Positions 27,221 to 36,200 of a stretch of 64,000 nt of DNA are shown here, piece after piece. A program made the position numbers and the translations under genes. The notes below the pieces were generated by a model. It had not been told where the DNA came from and did no database searches. It was given only the letters and a program-made list of their open reading frames with translations. The stretch comes from Patescibacteria group bacterium (lineage in GTDB: Bacteria > Patescibacteriota > Minisyncoccia > Phycocordibacterales > Phycocordibacteraceae): the NCBI GenBank assembly GCA_040390125.1, contig JAZJYZ010000001.1, forward strand, positions 70,428 to 134,427, in the 5' to 3' direction. How positions within the stretch are numbered: the first letter of the stretch is position 1; every line of letters begins with the position of its first letter.

Positions 27221-27736
27221 ATGTCCTCCCTAAAAGCTGAAAGCCAAAAGCTAAAAGCCTCTGTCATCGCTGTCGACCCTGGTTACGATCGGGTGGGCAT
27301 TGCGGTAATGGAAGGAAGCGCCCTCATTCACTCTGAATGCTTCACTCCTGAGAAGGGCGCCGTATCGTTGCGCTTAGGTGCAGTGTTTCAACACGTGAAT
27401 GCTGTTATAAAAAAATACGCCCCTGACGCACTCGCAATAGAGACTCTCTTTTTCACTAAGAACCAAAAGACCGCAATACACGTAGCTGAAGCTCGGGGCG
27501 TGATAACCCTCGCCGGGGTGGAGGCGGGCATCCCTGTGTTTGAATATTCTCCTCAAGAGGTGAAAATCGCAGTATCAGGATCAGGCAATGCAAGCAAAAA
27601 GGGCGTCATCAGAATGGTGGAGATGTTGGTGCCAATGGGTCATAAAAAGCGTCATGACGACGAATACGACGCCATAGCATTAGCTATAGCTCATCAATCG
27701 AGTGCAAAATTCAGGCAGGCTCGCAGTGGAAAATAA
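27221..27736 (+). CDS. ruvC: Crossover-junction endodeoxyribonuclease RuvC (with a short N-terminal extension)
   Basis: VIAVDPGYDRVGIAV...ALAIETLFF...AIALAIAH. The first 14 codons (MSSLKAESQKLKAS) are encoded by the aaagctgaaagc-type oligo-repeat. Confidence 0.8.
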   Translation: MSSLKAESQKLKASVIAVDPGYDRVGIAVMEGSALIHSECFTPEKGAVSLRLGAVFQHVNAVIKKYAPDALAIETLFFTKNQKTAIHVAEARGVITLAGVEAGIPVFEYSPQEVKIAVSGSGNASKKGVIRMVEMLVPMGHKKRHDDEYDAIALAIAHQSSAKFRQARSGK

Positions 27737-27741
27737 TAGAA

Positions 27742-27898
27742 CCTGTCTAGAACCTTCCCCCTGCCCAAAAAGCTCTGTTTCCGGCTACAAAACTTCGTCT
27801 CGTCCTTAACGTAATGCTATTACGTTTCGGATTCCGACTCGTTTCTCGCTCAGAAACAGAACTTTTCAGTCTGGGTACCACGAGATTCTAGACAGGTT
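27742..27898. repeat. Structured element of about 157 bp bounded by perfect 15-bp inverted repeats (agaacctgtctagaa / ttctagacaggttct) with nested internal IRs
   Basis: Seen directly in the sequence. Internal sub-hairpins: ctctgtttc...gaaacagaac and cttaacgtaatgctattacgtttcgg. Confidence 0.6.
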
Positions 27899-27994
27899 CT
27901 TACGTTTCTGGTGTTTTCCCCTACCGCCCCCTAATGCCACTTGCTAAGAAATAAAGTTTTGGTACAAATAGGGCGTTAGAAAAATATATTACGT

Positions 27995-28135
27995 ATGCTG
28001 AGCGATTCTAAGAAAAAGAAAGGTTTTGAGGACGAGGAGCTGGAAGATACGCTTGTGTCTCCTCCGGCGGAAGAAGATTTACTCGATGAGGAGGAAGAGG
28101 AAGACACCTTCGGAGACGAAGACGACATGATGTAA
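27995..28135 (+). CDS. Small highly acidic protein (46 aa), hypothetical, not in the ORF track
   Basis: MLSDSKKKKGFEDEELEDTLVSPPAEEDLLDEEEEEDTFGDEDDMM, followed immediately by a plus-strand terminator. Confidence 0.3.
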   Translation: MLSDSKKKKGFEDEELEDTLVSPPAEEDLLDEEEEEDTFGDEDDMM

Positions 28136-28142
28136 TAAAGCT

Positions 28143-28176
28143 CCGCCCGACGAGACACTCCAGGGCGGTTTTTTTA
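28143..28176 (+). terminator. Rho-independent terminator (CCGCCC...GGGCGG plus T8)
   Basis: ccgcccgacgagacactccagggcggtttttttattt. The T-run is on the plus strand only. Confidence 0.5.
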
Positions 28177-29376
28177 TTTACGACTGATCGCAGCAAACCT
28201 ATGTTTGCCTACACGAATAATCGTTCCGTTTTCGGGTTGAAAATCAATGTCTGTAATTTTCTCATCGCTTCCAACTATCCGCACCGCCCCCTCGTTTATT
28301 AACCGCCGCCATTCCGTCTTCGAAGCAATCACCCTATTTCGAACAAGCACATCAACGAGCAATTCGCTGGCCGACATTTCGTACACAGGCACACCACTTG
28401 GTGCTTCTCGTTTAGAAAAAGCCGAAGTGAAATGTTCCTCTGCCTTCTTGCTTTCCTTATCGCCGTGATACATCCGCACAATTTCTGATGCAAGTTCAAA
28501 TTTCGCATCCCGGGGACCTTTGGTGAGAATACTCTTCACTGTGTCGAGTGGTACACGTGTGCAGTGAATAAAATACGTCTCAATAAGTGGGTCAGGTATG
28601 CTCATGACTTTGCCAAACATATCTTCCGGCACATCATTGAGATTTATAGTGTTGCCCCAGCTTGAGCTCATCTTTCTACCGTCAGTTCCAGGAATAAGCT
28701 CGCTCATCAGAATATGCTGAGGAGCTTGGCCTGCTTTCCCTTGGAGCACTCTGCCTGCAAGGAGATTAAATCTCTGGTCGGTACCGCCTAACTCAACGTC
28801 CGCTTGAACCGCAACGCTGTCATACCCTTGCATGAGTGGGTACAGCACTTCACGAAGAGAAACCCGCTTCCCGTCGTCTAAGCGACGCTTAATGTTGTCG
28901 CGAGCAATGAAGTCGGATACAGAAAACGCATCTGCCTGATCGCCAATTTGCGCATAATTCAGTTTTAAAAGCCACTCAGAGTTGTGTCGCACTTCAAGTA
29001 AGTTTTTGTCGAGGATTTTCTCTGCTTGTGCAACATACTGTGCGAGGTTCTTTTCGACATCAGCTTGACTGAGCATGGGGCGTTCACTCTCTTTGTCTGA
29101 AGTGTCGCCAACAACGCCCGTTGCATCCCCTATGATGAAAACTACGGTGTGCCCTAGGTTCTGAAAATCTCTAAGTTTCAAAAGTGGTACTGCTCGGCCA
29201 ATGTGAAGATTCGGACTCGTCGGGTCTATGCCAAGCTTGATACGTAAACGCTTTCCGCTCAATAAAAGTTTCCGGAGCGATTCACCCGATGGAATAATTT
29301 CAATGACACTCCTCGTTACTAGTGTTTCTATCTTCGCAGGGTCAGTGCTCACGGGGACTTTAGATTTAAAAAACAT
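28174..29376 (-). CDS. tyrS: Tyrosyl-tRNA synthetase
   Basis: 400 aa. HIGH-region PTSPNLHIGRAVPL...GDATGVVGD, KMSKS variant GRKMSSS, and a C-terminal S4-like domain. Confidence 0.85.
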   Translation of the reverse strand: MFFKSKVPVSTDPAKIETLVTRSVIEIIPSGESLRKLLLSGKRLRIKLGIDPTSPNLHIGRAVPLLKLRDFQNLGHTVVFIIGDATGVVGDTSDKESERPMLSQADVEKNLAQYVAQAEKILDKNLLEVRHNSEWLLKLNYAQIGDQADAFSVSDFIARDNIKRRLDDGKRVSLREVLYPLMQGYDSVAVQADVELGGTDQRFNLLAGRVLQGKAGQAPQHILMSELIPGTDGRKMSSSWGNTINLNDVPEDMFGKVMSIPDPLIETYFIHCTRVPLDTVKSILTKGPRDAKFELASEIVRMYHGDKESKKAEEHFTSAFSKREAPSGVPVYEMSASELLVDVLVRNRVIASKTEWRRLINEGAVRIVGSDEKITDIDFQPENGTIIRVGKHRFAAISRK

Positions 29377-29434
29377 GAAATAACTCTAGCATGCCACCTG
29401 GCACAGAGCCTCTTCCCTTGCTACGATTCACTCT

Positions 29435-31603
29435 ATGCGGAAAAGAGGATTCATTCGTAAGCACAAACGAAACATTGCGTTAATACTAGGGGCAGGAGCA
29501 CTTTTTTCTTTTGGCGTACTCGCACTATGGGCAGTGTCTCTAAAGATTCCCGATATTACATCCTTAGAAACCCGCAAAGTTGAGCAGTCGACAAAAATTT
29601 ATGATCGCACCGGCACTGTTCTTCTGGACGACTTGAGTGAGAACATGAAACGTACCGTAGTTAAAAGCGACGAGATTTCGCCATACATAAAACAAGCAAC
29701 GGTAGCTATCGAGGACACGGAATTTTACAATCACATCGGAGTGCGGCCAATAGCATTTTTGCGAGCGGCTATTGTTAACGTACTTTCTCTCGGATTTGAA
29801 CAAGGAGGCTCAACCATCACACAACAGGTGGTCAAAAATTCGATACTCACACTCGACAAAACCATTGCCAGGAAAGTGAAGGAATGGATCTTAGCAATAA
29901 AACTTGAGCGGGTCCTCACGAAAGAGCAGATACTCGAGCTTTACCTAAACGGGAACCCCTATGGCGGACTCATTTATGGCGTTGAGGAAGCAAGTGAACA
30001 GTTTTTCAGCAAACACGCAAAAGATGTGAGCCTAGCCGAAGCCGCGTATCTCGCAGCACTACCCCAAGCTCCCACCTATTACTCACCGTACGGGAATCAC
30101 CAAGACGCCTTGGACACACGAAAAAACGTAGTGTTGTCGAGAATGAAGGAGCTCGGATTCATCACTACAGAGGAGTACGAACAGGCTAAGGCTGAAAGAG
30201 TGGCGTTTGCTCCGCAAGCAACATCTGGCATACGTGCTCCACATTTTGTTTTCTATGTCCGAGGTTTGCTCGAGCAAGAATTTGGAACAAGTGCACTCGA
30301 ACAATCCGGCTGGCGTATTATCACCACACTCGATGCCGACCTTGAAGCAAAGGCAGAGGAAATCGTTAAAAAGAGAGCTACTGAAAATGAAAAAAACTTT
30401 AATGCAGAGAATGCGAGTCTCGTTGCGATCGACCCAAAAACAGGAGACATCCTTGTAATGGCTGGCTCTCGAGACTATTTTGATCCCGAAATAAATGGTG
30501 CCTACAATATTACCCTTGCAAAACGCCAGCCTGGTTCATCATTTAAACCATTCGTATACGCAGCATCCTTTCTAAAGGGATACACACCTGACACCGTGCT
30601 CTTCGATGTGCCTACACAATTTTCAACCTCGTGCCCCCCAACAAGTCTCAGCAATACTCCCCCATGCTATGCACCACAAAACTTTGATGACAAATTCTTT
30701 GGCCCCCTAACCCTCCGCGATGCACTCGCACAATCAAGAAACATTCCCGCACTGAAAGTTCTCTATCTTGTAGGAATTAATAATGCACTATCGCTTGCAC
30801 GGTCTATGGGTATCTCAACCTTGGCGGGGGCCGACCGATACGGCCTCACATTAGTGCTCGGAGGCGGAGAAGTGACACCACTTGATATGACGAGTGCCTA
30901 CGGCGTCTTCGCAAATGAAGGTGTGCGAAACCCACATCGTGCACTACTGCGTATCGAAGATAAGGACGGAAAGGAAATAAAAACATACCCTCTATCGCCA
31001 GAGCGAGTCCTTGATCAGAATGTAGCCTTAAACATATCTGACATCCTATCTGACAACGTGGCACGCACCCCCGAGTTCGGATCAGACTCAGCACTTAACT
31101 TTCCGGGTCGCCACGTTACCGCAAAAACCGGCACAACCAACGACTATAGGGACGCCTGGATCATGGGTTATACACCAGACATTGCAGTGGGTGCGTGGGC
31201 TGGCAATAACGACAACACGCCCATGGTAAAGCGAATTGCGGGCTTCATCGTCGCACCGCTTTGGCATGAATTTTTCGAATACGCACTCACTAAGTTTCCT
31301 AATACCCCATTCCCTGAAGCACGGGCATTAGACAGTGCGAGCGATAAACCGATCTTGCGAGGAATATGGCAGGGGGGTGATGTAACCCCCGTTGATGGGG
31401 GTACTACTTCAGGGGCTGATGTAGGCAAAAACCGCATTACCGTATCGGTGCATTCCATTCTCTTCTGGTTAAATAAAGACGATCCCCGTGGAGCGCCTCC
31501 TAGTAATCCGAACGAAGACCCTCAATTTGCACGCTGGGAGTGGGGTGTTAGAAATTGGGCCACGCAACATGGACTTGTTGATGGAACCACAATCATTCAG
31601 TAG
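29435..31603 (+). CDS. Class A penicillin-binding protein (glycosyltransferase plus transpeptidase)
   Basis: 722 aa. GT51 motifs EDTEFYNHIG and GGSTITQQ. TPase motifs SSFKP, SRN and KTGTT. Confidence 0.85.
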   Translation: MRKRGFIRKHKRNIALILGAGALFSFGVLALWAVSLKIPDITSLETRKVEQSTKIYDRTGTVLLDDLSENMKRTVVKSDEISPYIKQATVAIEDTEFYNHIGVRPIAFLRAAIVNVLSLGFEQGGSTITQQVVKNSILTLDKTIARKVKEWILAIKLERVLTKEQILELYLNGNPYGGLIYGVEEASEQFFSKHAKDVSLAEAAYLAALPQAPTYYSPYGNHQDALDTRKNVVLSRMKELGFITTEEYEQAKAERVAFAPQATSGIRAPHFVFYVRGLLEQEFGTSALEQSGWRIITTLDADLEAKAEEIVKKRATENEKNFNAENASLVAIDPKTGDILVMAGSRDYFDPEINGAYNITLAKRQPGSSFKPFVYAASFLKGYTPDTVLFDVPTQFSTSCPPTSLSNTPPCYAPQNFDDKFFGPLTLRDALAQSRNIPALKVLYLVGINNALSLARSMGISTLAGADRYGLTLVLGGGEVTPLDMTSAYGVFANEGVRNPHRALLRIEDKDGKEIKTYPLSPERVLDQNVALNISDILSDNVARTPEFGSDSALNFPGRHVTAKTGTTNDYRDAWIMGYTPDIAVGAWAGNNDNTPMVKRIAGFIVAPLWHEFFEYALTKFPNTPFPEARALDSASDKPILRGIWQGGDVTPVDGGTTSGADVGKNRITVSVHSILFWLNKDDPRGAPPSNPNEDPQFARWEWGVRNWATQHGLVDGTTIIQ

Positions 31604-31605
31604 TG

Positions 31606-31700
31606 GGGGGGGCTTCCAGCTGTCAGCTTCTAGCTTTCAGCTTTCAGCTTTAATTTCAGAAAAGCTGGAAGCTGGCACCTGGAAGCTAGAAGCTAATTAG
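31606..31700. repeat. Oligo-repeat spacer forming a long imperfect hairpin (agctttcag / agctagaag words) between convergent genes; likely a bidirectional terminator
   Basis: cttccagctgtcagcttctagctttcagctttcagcttt-aatttc-agaaaagctggaagctggcacctggaagctagaagct. Confidence 0.55.
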
Positions 31701-31960
31701 CGGATATCCCTCACTATATTTCGAGCTTTAGGTATTTCTTGAAATAGCTCTGCAAGAATCGCACCCCTCGCAACTTGAATTGCACTTTTTGCAATAGAGG
31801 AACACTTAACAAACGCCACATTGTTAGAAATTGAAATATCTTCTTTTTTAACAGGTACTTTTGCAATAAAAGAAACTGAAGACGCAACGGCACGACGAAT
31901 CGCATCATCTGGCGGGGTGAGGTTCTGGAACCTGGCGAGAAAATCATTTACGAGTTTCAT
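31697..31960 (-). CDS. Small protein downstream of dnaN; possible DUF721/DciA-like
   Basis: 87 aa. The position immediately after dnaN is typical for DUF721. The family assignment is unverified. Confidence 0.3.
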   Translation of the reverse strand: MKLVNDFLARFQNLTPPDDAIRRAVASSVSFIAKVPVKKEDISISNNVAFVKCSSIAKSAIQVARGAILAELFQEIPKARNIVRDIR

Positions 31961-32025
31961 AAGGTGCTAGGTGCTAGGTGCTAGGTGCTAGCTTTAAAAG
32001 CTAGAAGCTAGTCCCTAGAACCTGA
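31961..32025. repeat. Oligo-repeat spacer ((ggtgctag)x4, agctagaag)
   Basis: aaggtgctaggtgctaggtgctaggtgctagctttaaaagctagaagctagtccctagaacc. Confidence 0.5.
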
Positions 32026-33126
32026 CTAACGATTCATCGGCATCACAAGGTAGGTGAACCCCTTTCCTTGGCTATCGGTCATAACCATTGGTTTCCCGGC
32101 GCCCGCCACAGAAAAAGTAACACTATCCCCCGCAACGATTGAGAGTGCATCAATGATGTATTTTGCATTAAAGTTTATATCGATATCCTCGCCGGTGAGC
32201 ACTGCGGGAATATGATCAACCGTCTCCCCCACTGACGCATTAACCGCACGAACCGTAAAAGTCTTCTCTGAGGGTTTAAGAGAAATGTGGACCTGATTAA
32301 ATGAGTCAGTGAATATGGATACTTTGCGAAACGCACGTATAGCATCCTCTTTGAGACAGGTTGCGGACGCAACGTAATCTCGAGGAATAATCGCATGATA
32401 GTCAGGAAAGGCACCATCAATAGTTCTTGAAGTAATGTGCCCAAAATCAGAAATAAATGAGCACTGATTATCCCCCACACGTACTTCAACCTCAGACCCA
32501 AACTCAATCGCTCGCAGGATATCAAGAACATTCCGAGCAGGAATCAATACCGAACCAAAAGAACTTTTTGTTTTGATGGGTATTTTTACCTCAGCAAGAC
32601 GAAATGAGTCGGTAGCCACCGCAACCAATTCCCCTTTTTCTAAAGTAAGAGAAATACTTGAGAGCTCAGGCTTAACGCTCGACACTGATGCAGAAAATGA
32701 AACCGACTTTAGTGCACCAATAAACTCACGGACTGGTAATACAGTAGACGTACCCACACCCTCCTTTACATACGGCAGTGTAGGAAATTCCGATGGATCG
32801 ACTAACGTAATTGATGTAGTCCCCCTATCCCCATCAATAATAAGATTATTACCTGATGTTTTTAAAATTAATTTCTGATCAGTAAGTGCTGAAACTGTTT
32901 GCGACAAGATATGTGCAGGGACAGCAATAACCCCATCCTGACTCGTCTTTGCTTTAAGTACCACCTCAACACTCAAATCAAGATTGGTGGCACGAAGAAC
33001 AGCCCTCCCACCTTCAACTACTATCAAAACACAACCAAATACTGGAAGTGAGAGACTTTTATTACTCACCTTAGAGGCAATACCAACAGCCCTCTCTAAA
33101 TTCTCTCTTAATATCTCAATTTTCAT
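32026..33126 (-). CDS. dnaN: DNA polymerase III beta sliding clamp
   Basis: 366 aa, three-domain size, with MKIEILRENLERAVGIASKVS...LPVFGCVLI. Confidence 0.85.
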   Translation of the reverse strand: MKIEILRENLERAVGIASKVSNKSLSLPVFGCVLIVVEGGRAVLRATNLDLSVEVVLKAKTSQDGVIAVPAHILSQTVSALTDQKLILKTSGNNLIIDGDRGTTSITLVDPSEFPTLPYVKEGVGTSTVLPVREFIGALKSVSFSASVSSVKPELSSISLTLEKGELVAVATDSFRLAEVKIPIKTKSSFGSVLIPARNVLDILRAIEFGSEVEVRVGDNQCSFISDFGHITSRTIDGAFPDYHAIIPRDYVASATCLKEDAIRAFRKVSIFTDSFNQVHISLKPSEKTFTVRAVNASVGETVDHIPAVLTGEDIDINFNAKYIIDALSIVAGDSVTFSVAGAGKPMVMTDSQGKGFTYLVMPMNR

Positions 33127-33358
33127 ATGTATTTATAGTTAAGAGAATATCTCTATTCTAATACACTGTGGACTGTGTGGGTAGCTTAAAAAACCTTTAA
33201 TTAAGCTGTATTTATTAATTATTTTTATGAAAAGCTGTTTATTAGCCACGTTTCTACTGTGCGTAATGTCTCTAAGTATATTTTGTGATTTTTTAGAAAA
33301 AACTCTCCACATGTTTTCCACTAACTTTTTCAAGTAGTTATTCATGTTATTTTCAACA
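33127..33358. promoter_or_regulatory. AT-rich dnaA-dnaN intergenic region; candidate oriC/DUE segment
   Basis: 232 bp, very AT-rich, with DnaA-box-like 9-mers (ctgtggact, ttttccact, tctccacat). The ORF at 33139-33345 here is judged spurious. Confidence 0.4.
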
Positions 33359-34705
33359 TCATTTCAACATCCCACGAATTTCCTCTATTTGGGTTTTTAA
33401 ATCACCATCAGTAATGATTCCTCCACGAACTTTTTCACATGCATGAATAACAGTTGTGTGATCTCGCCCACCAAAAACAGTCCCTATAGCTGGATACGAT
33501 AGATGAAAATCTTCCCGGAGTATGTACATCATTATTTGACGAGGACGAACCACCTCTCTGCGTCTTGTTTTTGCATACATACTCGCCTCATCGATGTTAT
33601 AGAATTCAGCAATTCTTGAAATAACATGCTTTACAGACACAATACGTTTAGGTCTGGCGGTATTTTTTATAAGATCTTTTATTTGATCTTCTCCTAGTAT
33701 TCCCTTGAGTTGTATTTGGCAAAGAATAGTATTTAACATACCCTCTATTTCACGGATGTTTCCTGGCACCGCCATAGAAAGGCTCTCTATAGCCGTATCT
33801 GAGAGGTTGAGGTTCATTGATTCAGCTTTCGTTTTAATGATTGCCATTCTGGACTCATGGTCAGGTTCATTTATGGCGACAGCCATCCCCGCTACAAAAC
33901 GAGACTTGAGACGTTCCGTTATGTCAGGGATGAGGTTTGGGTGTTTATCGCTTGAGCAAACGATTTGCTTGTTCGCATCGTGGAGTGTATTGAAAAGGTG
34001 GAAAAATTCTTCTTGGATCGTCCCCTTTTTCGAAAAGAACTGTATGTCGTCGATTATAAGAACGTCATACGAGCGATATTTCTCTTTAAATGAAGGGATA
34101 CTGCGGTTATTGATGGCGTTCATGAACTCAAACCCAAATCTCTCAGCAGTAAGATAGAACACTTTCTTTGATGGGTAGGCTTTTTTTATCTGATTACCCA
34201 CCGCTTGAGTGAGATGCGTTTTCCCGCGTCCTGTTTCTCCGTATACGAAGAGTGGGTTGTAGGCAATACCGGGATTTTTAACAACCACTTGACCTGCAGT
34301 GAAGGCGAGCTCATTAAAAGGCCCCACGACGAAGGTATCGAAGGTGTAGCGTGGATTAAGATTGTCTGAGCGGTTGATGTAGTAGTCGGACAAAGGAAGC
34401 TCTGATTCGGTTCGAGTTTCTACGATGACCTTTTCTGGTGCTCTTTTAGGGCTTTCTTTTGAAACGATATATTCGACGCCACGAAGTGTGTCAACAAAGC
34501 CACGGATGGTCTTTAAAACGAGTTTTCCGAAGCGTTCAGATATCCATTCTTTCGTCAGTTGGTTGGGAACCCCGACAAACACAACCCCGTCTTCTATCCG
34601 TACAATGTGAGTTTCGCCGAACCACATCTTGAAACTCGCAGGAGATATTGAAAGCTCTATGTTCGTAAGCGTATTTTCCCAGAGTTGTTTTGTGTCAAGT
34701 TCCAT
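33359..34705 (-). CDS. dnaA: Chromosomal replication initiator DnaA
   Basis: 448 aa. Walker A GETGRGKTHL, IIDDIQF, and a C-terminal DNA-binding helix (...VFGGRDHTTVIHA). Confidence 0.9.
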   Translation of the reverse strand: MELDTKQLWENTLTNIELSISPASFKMWFGETHIVRIEDGVVFVGVPNQLTKEWISERFGKLVLKTIRGFVDTLRGVEYIVSKESPKRAPEKVIVETRTESELPLSDYYINRSDNLNPRYTFDTFVVGPFNELAFTAGQVVVKNPGIAYNPLFVYGETGRGKTHLTQAVGNQIKKAYPSKKVFYLTAERFGFEFMNAINNRSIPSFKEKYRSYDVLIIDDIQFFSKKGTIQEEFFHLFNTLHDANKQIVCSSDKHPNLIPDITERLKSRFVAGMAVAINEPDHESRMAIIKTKAESMNLNLSDTAIESLSMAVPGNIREIEGMLNTILCQIQLKGILGEDQIKDLIKNTARPKRIVSVKHVISRIAEFYNIDEASMYAKTRRREVVRPRQIMMYILREDFHLSYPAIGTVFGGRDHTTVIHACEKVRGGIITDGDLKTQIEEIRGMLK

Positions 34706-34820
34706 GCAAAAGTATTGTGAGTTCAGCTATTATACCTGTGTGGAGAAAACGGCAAACTTGCGGAAAAGCCCCGCTCATGTTAATAAACTGTGAGATACTT
34801 GTGTATAACAGTTCACTTCA
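34706..34820. promoter_or_regulatory. dnaA upstream / rpmH divergent region with DnaA-box-like sites (candidate oriC part)
   Basis: tgtggagaa (34737-34745) and tgtgtataa (34800-34808) resemble TGTGGATAA. Confidence 0.4.
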
Positions 34821-34976
34821 ATGAAAAGAACATACCAACCTAAAAAAAGAAAGAGAGCTACAACCCACGGCTTCTTGGTCCGCACAGCAACTACCTCTGG
34901 CAGGAAGGTTTTGAAGAATCGTCGTCGCAAAGGCCGTGCAAAACTCACTGTTCAAAGCAAGAAAAAGGGAAAATAG
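34821..34976 (+). CDS. rpmH: 50S ribosomal protein L34
   Basis: 51 aa: [44 protein letters not shown].... It is not in the ORF track because it is under 60 aa. Confidence 0.85.
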   Translation: MKRTYQPKKRKRATTHGFLVRTATTSGRKVLKNRRRKGRAKLTVQSKKKGK

Positions 34977-35052
34977 TGTTTAGGGTGTAGGGAAAGAAGT
35001 TTATTTTTCATGCTTCCCTAGTGGCTATACCCTAGTGGCTACCCCCTAATCT

Positions 35053-35367
35053 ATGTTGTCGAAAAAAGAGCGCGTTTCAAGGCTCACATTCCAAAAGCGA
35101 CCTGTACGTACAGGTCGCTTTATATATGGCTCTATAAAAGGGTTTGAGGGAGATCCTGCTGGGGCCGTTGTCGTTTCAAAAAAAGTCTGCCGTACGGCTC
35201 CAGCACGAAATAAGCTTAGACGAAGGATTTACAATATTCTCCGTCCTCTCATCCGCACCAAGGCACTTCAAGGTAACGTTATCGTGTATCCAAATGCACT
35301 GGCTATGAAGGCTCCGTTTCAAGAGCTGAAGAAAGAACTGGAGAAGCGTTTAGGGGTTAGCGTTTAG
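35053..35367 (+). CDS. rnpA: RNase P protein component
   Basis: 104 aa. LSKKERV...RNKLRRRI... is basic and RnpA-like, and its position after rpmH fits. Confidence 0.75.
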   Translation: MLSKKERVSRLTFQKRPVRTGRFIYGSIKGFEGDPAGAVVVSKKVCRTAPARNKLRRRIYNILRPLIRTKALQGNVIVYPNALAMKAPFQELKKELEKRLGVSV

Positions 35368-35450
35368 GGGCTAGTGTTGACAGAAAGGTAAAAAATATAG
35401 AACCCTACTTCGCTAAACGCTAAACACTAGCCCCTAACCCCTCTCCTGCG
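35368..35450. repeat. Oligo-repeat spacer forming an inverted repeat (ggggttagcgtttaggggctagtgtt ... aacactagcccctaacccct)
   Basis: Seen directly. It contains the ctaaacgctaaac word shared with other junctions. Confidence 0.55.
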
Positions 35451-35465
35451 TTATGATGCCTTGAA

Positions 35466-36200
35466 ATGGCATCTTTTTTTCATACAGCGGTATATCAGCC
35501 AATCTATAACGCACTCGCATTCATTATAGGTATTGTGCCGGGAGGCGACATAGGTGTCGCCATTATAGTTATTACCATTTTGGTGCGTTTTGTTCTGTTC
35601 CCTCTTTCCCTTACGGCAATAAAAACGCAAATCTCGATGCGTGCCATTGAACCGCAATTGAAGGCACTGAGAGATGAGCTGAAAGATAACAAGGAAGAGC
35701 TGGCACGCCGTACCATGGCACTTTTTAAAGAAAATAATATTAATCCGTTTGCAAGCTTCCTTTTGATACTGATCCAACTTCCTATAATTATTGGCTTGTA
35801 TTTAGTGCTTCAAAGTGAGACTAAGGTCGTATCGTTTGATCCAAGCGTACTCTACTCATTTGTGCACGCCCCCGAACAAGCGTCACTCCTATTTCTTGGT
35901 CTTATGGACCTTACGGGCAAAAGTATCCTCTTGGCACTCTTGGTCGCAGTCACCCAATTCATCTATGCCCGCCTCATGACCCCCGTGGCTCCTCCAAAAA
36001 ATACTTCAGGAAAACCTGCTTCTTTTCAAGATGATTTGGCAAGGAGTATGCATCTTCAAATGAGATATGTCTTCCCTGCGGTTATTGGCTTTGTCGCATA
36101 CGCCGCATCCTCAGCCATCGCACTCTACTTCCTTGTCGGTAACCTTTTCAGTATTGGACAGGAAATACTTATACGACGTATGCATCATGGAAAAAGATAA
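35466..36200 (+). CDS. yidC: Membrane protein insertase YidC (short form)
   Basis: 244 aa with 5 TM helices and a YidC/Oxa1-like core. It sits in the conserved rnpA-yidC-jag order. Confidence 0.75.
   Translation: MASFFHTAVYQPIYNALAFIIGIVPGGDIGVAIIVITILVRFVLFPLSLTAIKTQISMRAIEPQLKALRDELKDNKEELARRTMALFKENNINPFASFLLILIQLPIIIGLYLVLQSETKVVSFDPSVLYSFVHAPEQASLLFLGLMDLTGKSILLALLVAVTQFIYARLMTPVAPPKNTSGKPASFQDDLARSMHLQMRYVFPAVIGFVAYAASSAIALYFLVGNLFSIGQEILIRRMHHGKR

Noticed and set aside
33139-33345. ORF 33139-33345 in the dnaA-dnaN spacer
   Set aside because: It lies in an extremely AT-rich intergenic region that is more plausibly oriC/DUE, and its sequence is Lys/Ile/Asn-rich as expected for AT-rich noise.
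35390-35420. TTGACA-containing segment in the rnpA-yidC spacer as a promoter
   Set aside because: There is no acceptable -10 element at 16-18 nt spacing. It is more likely part of the inverted-repeat spacer.
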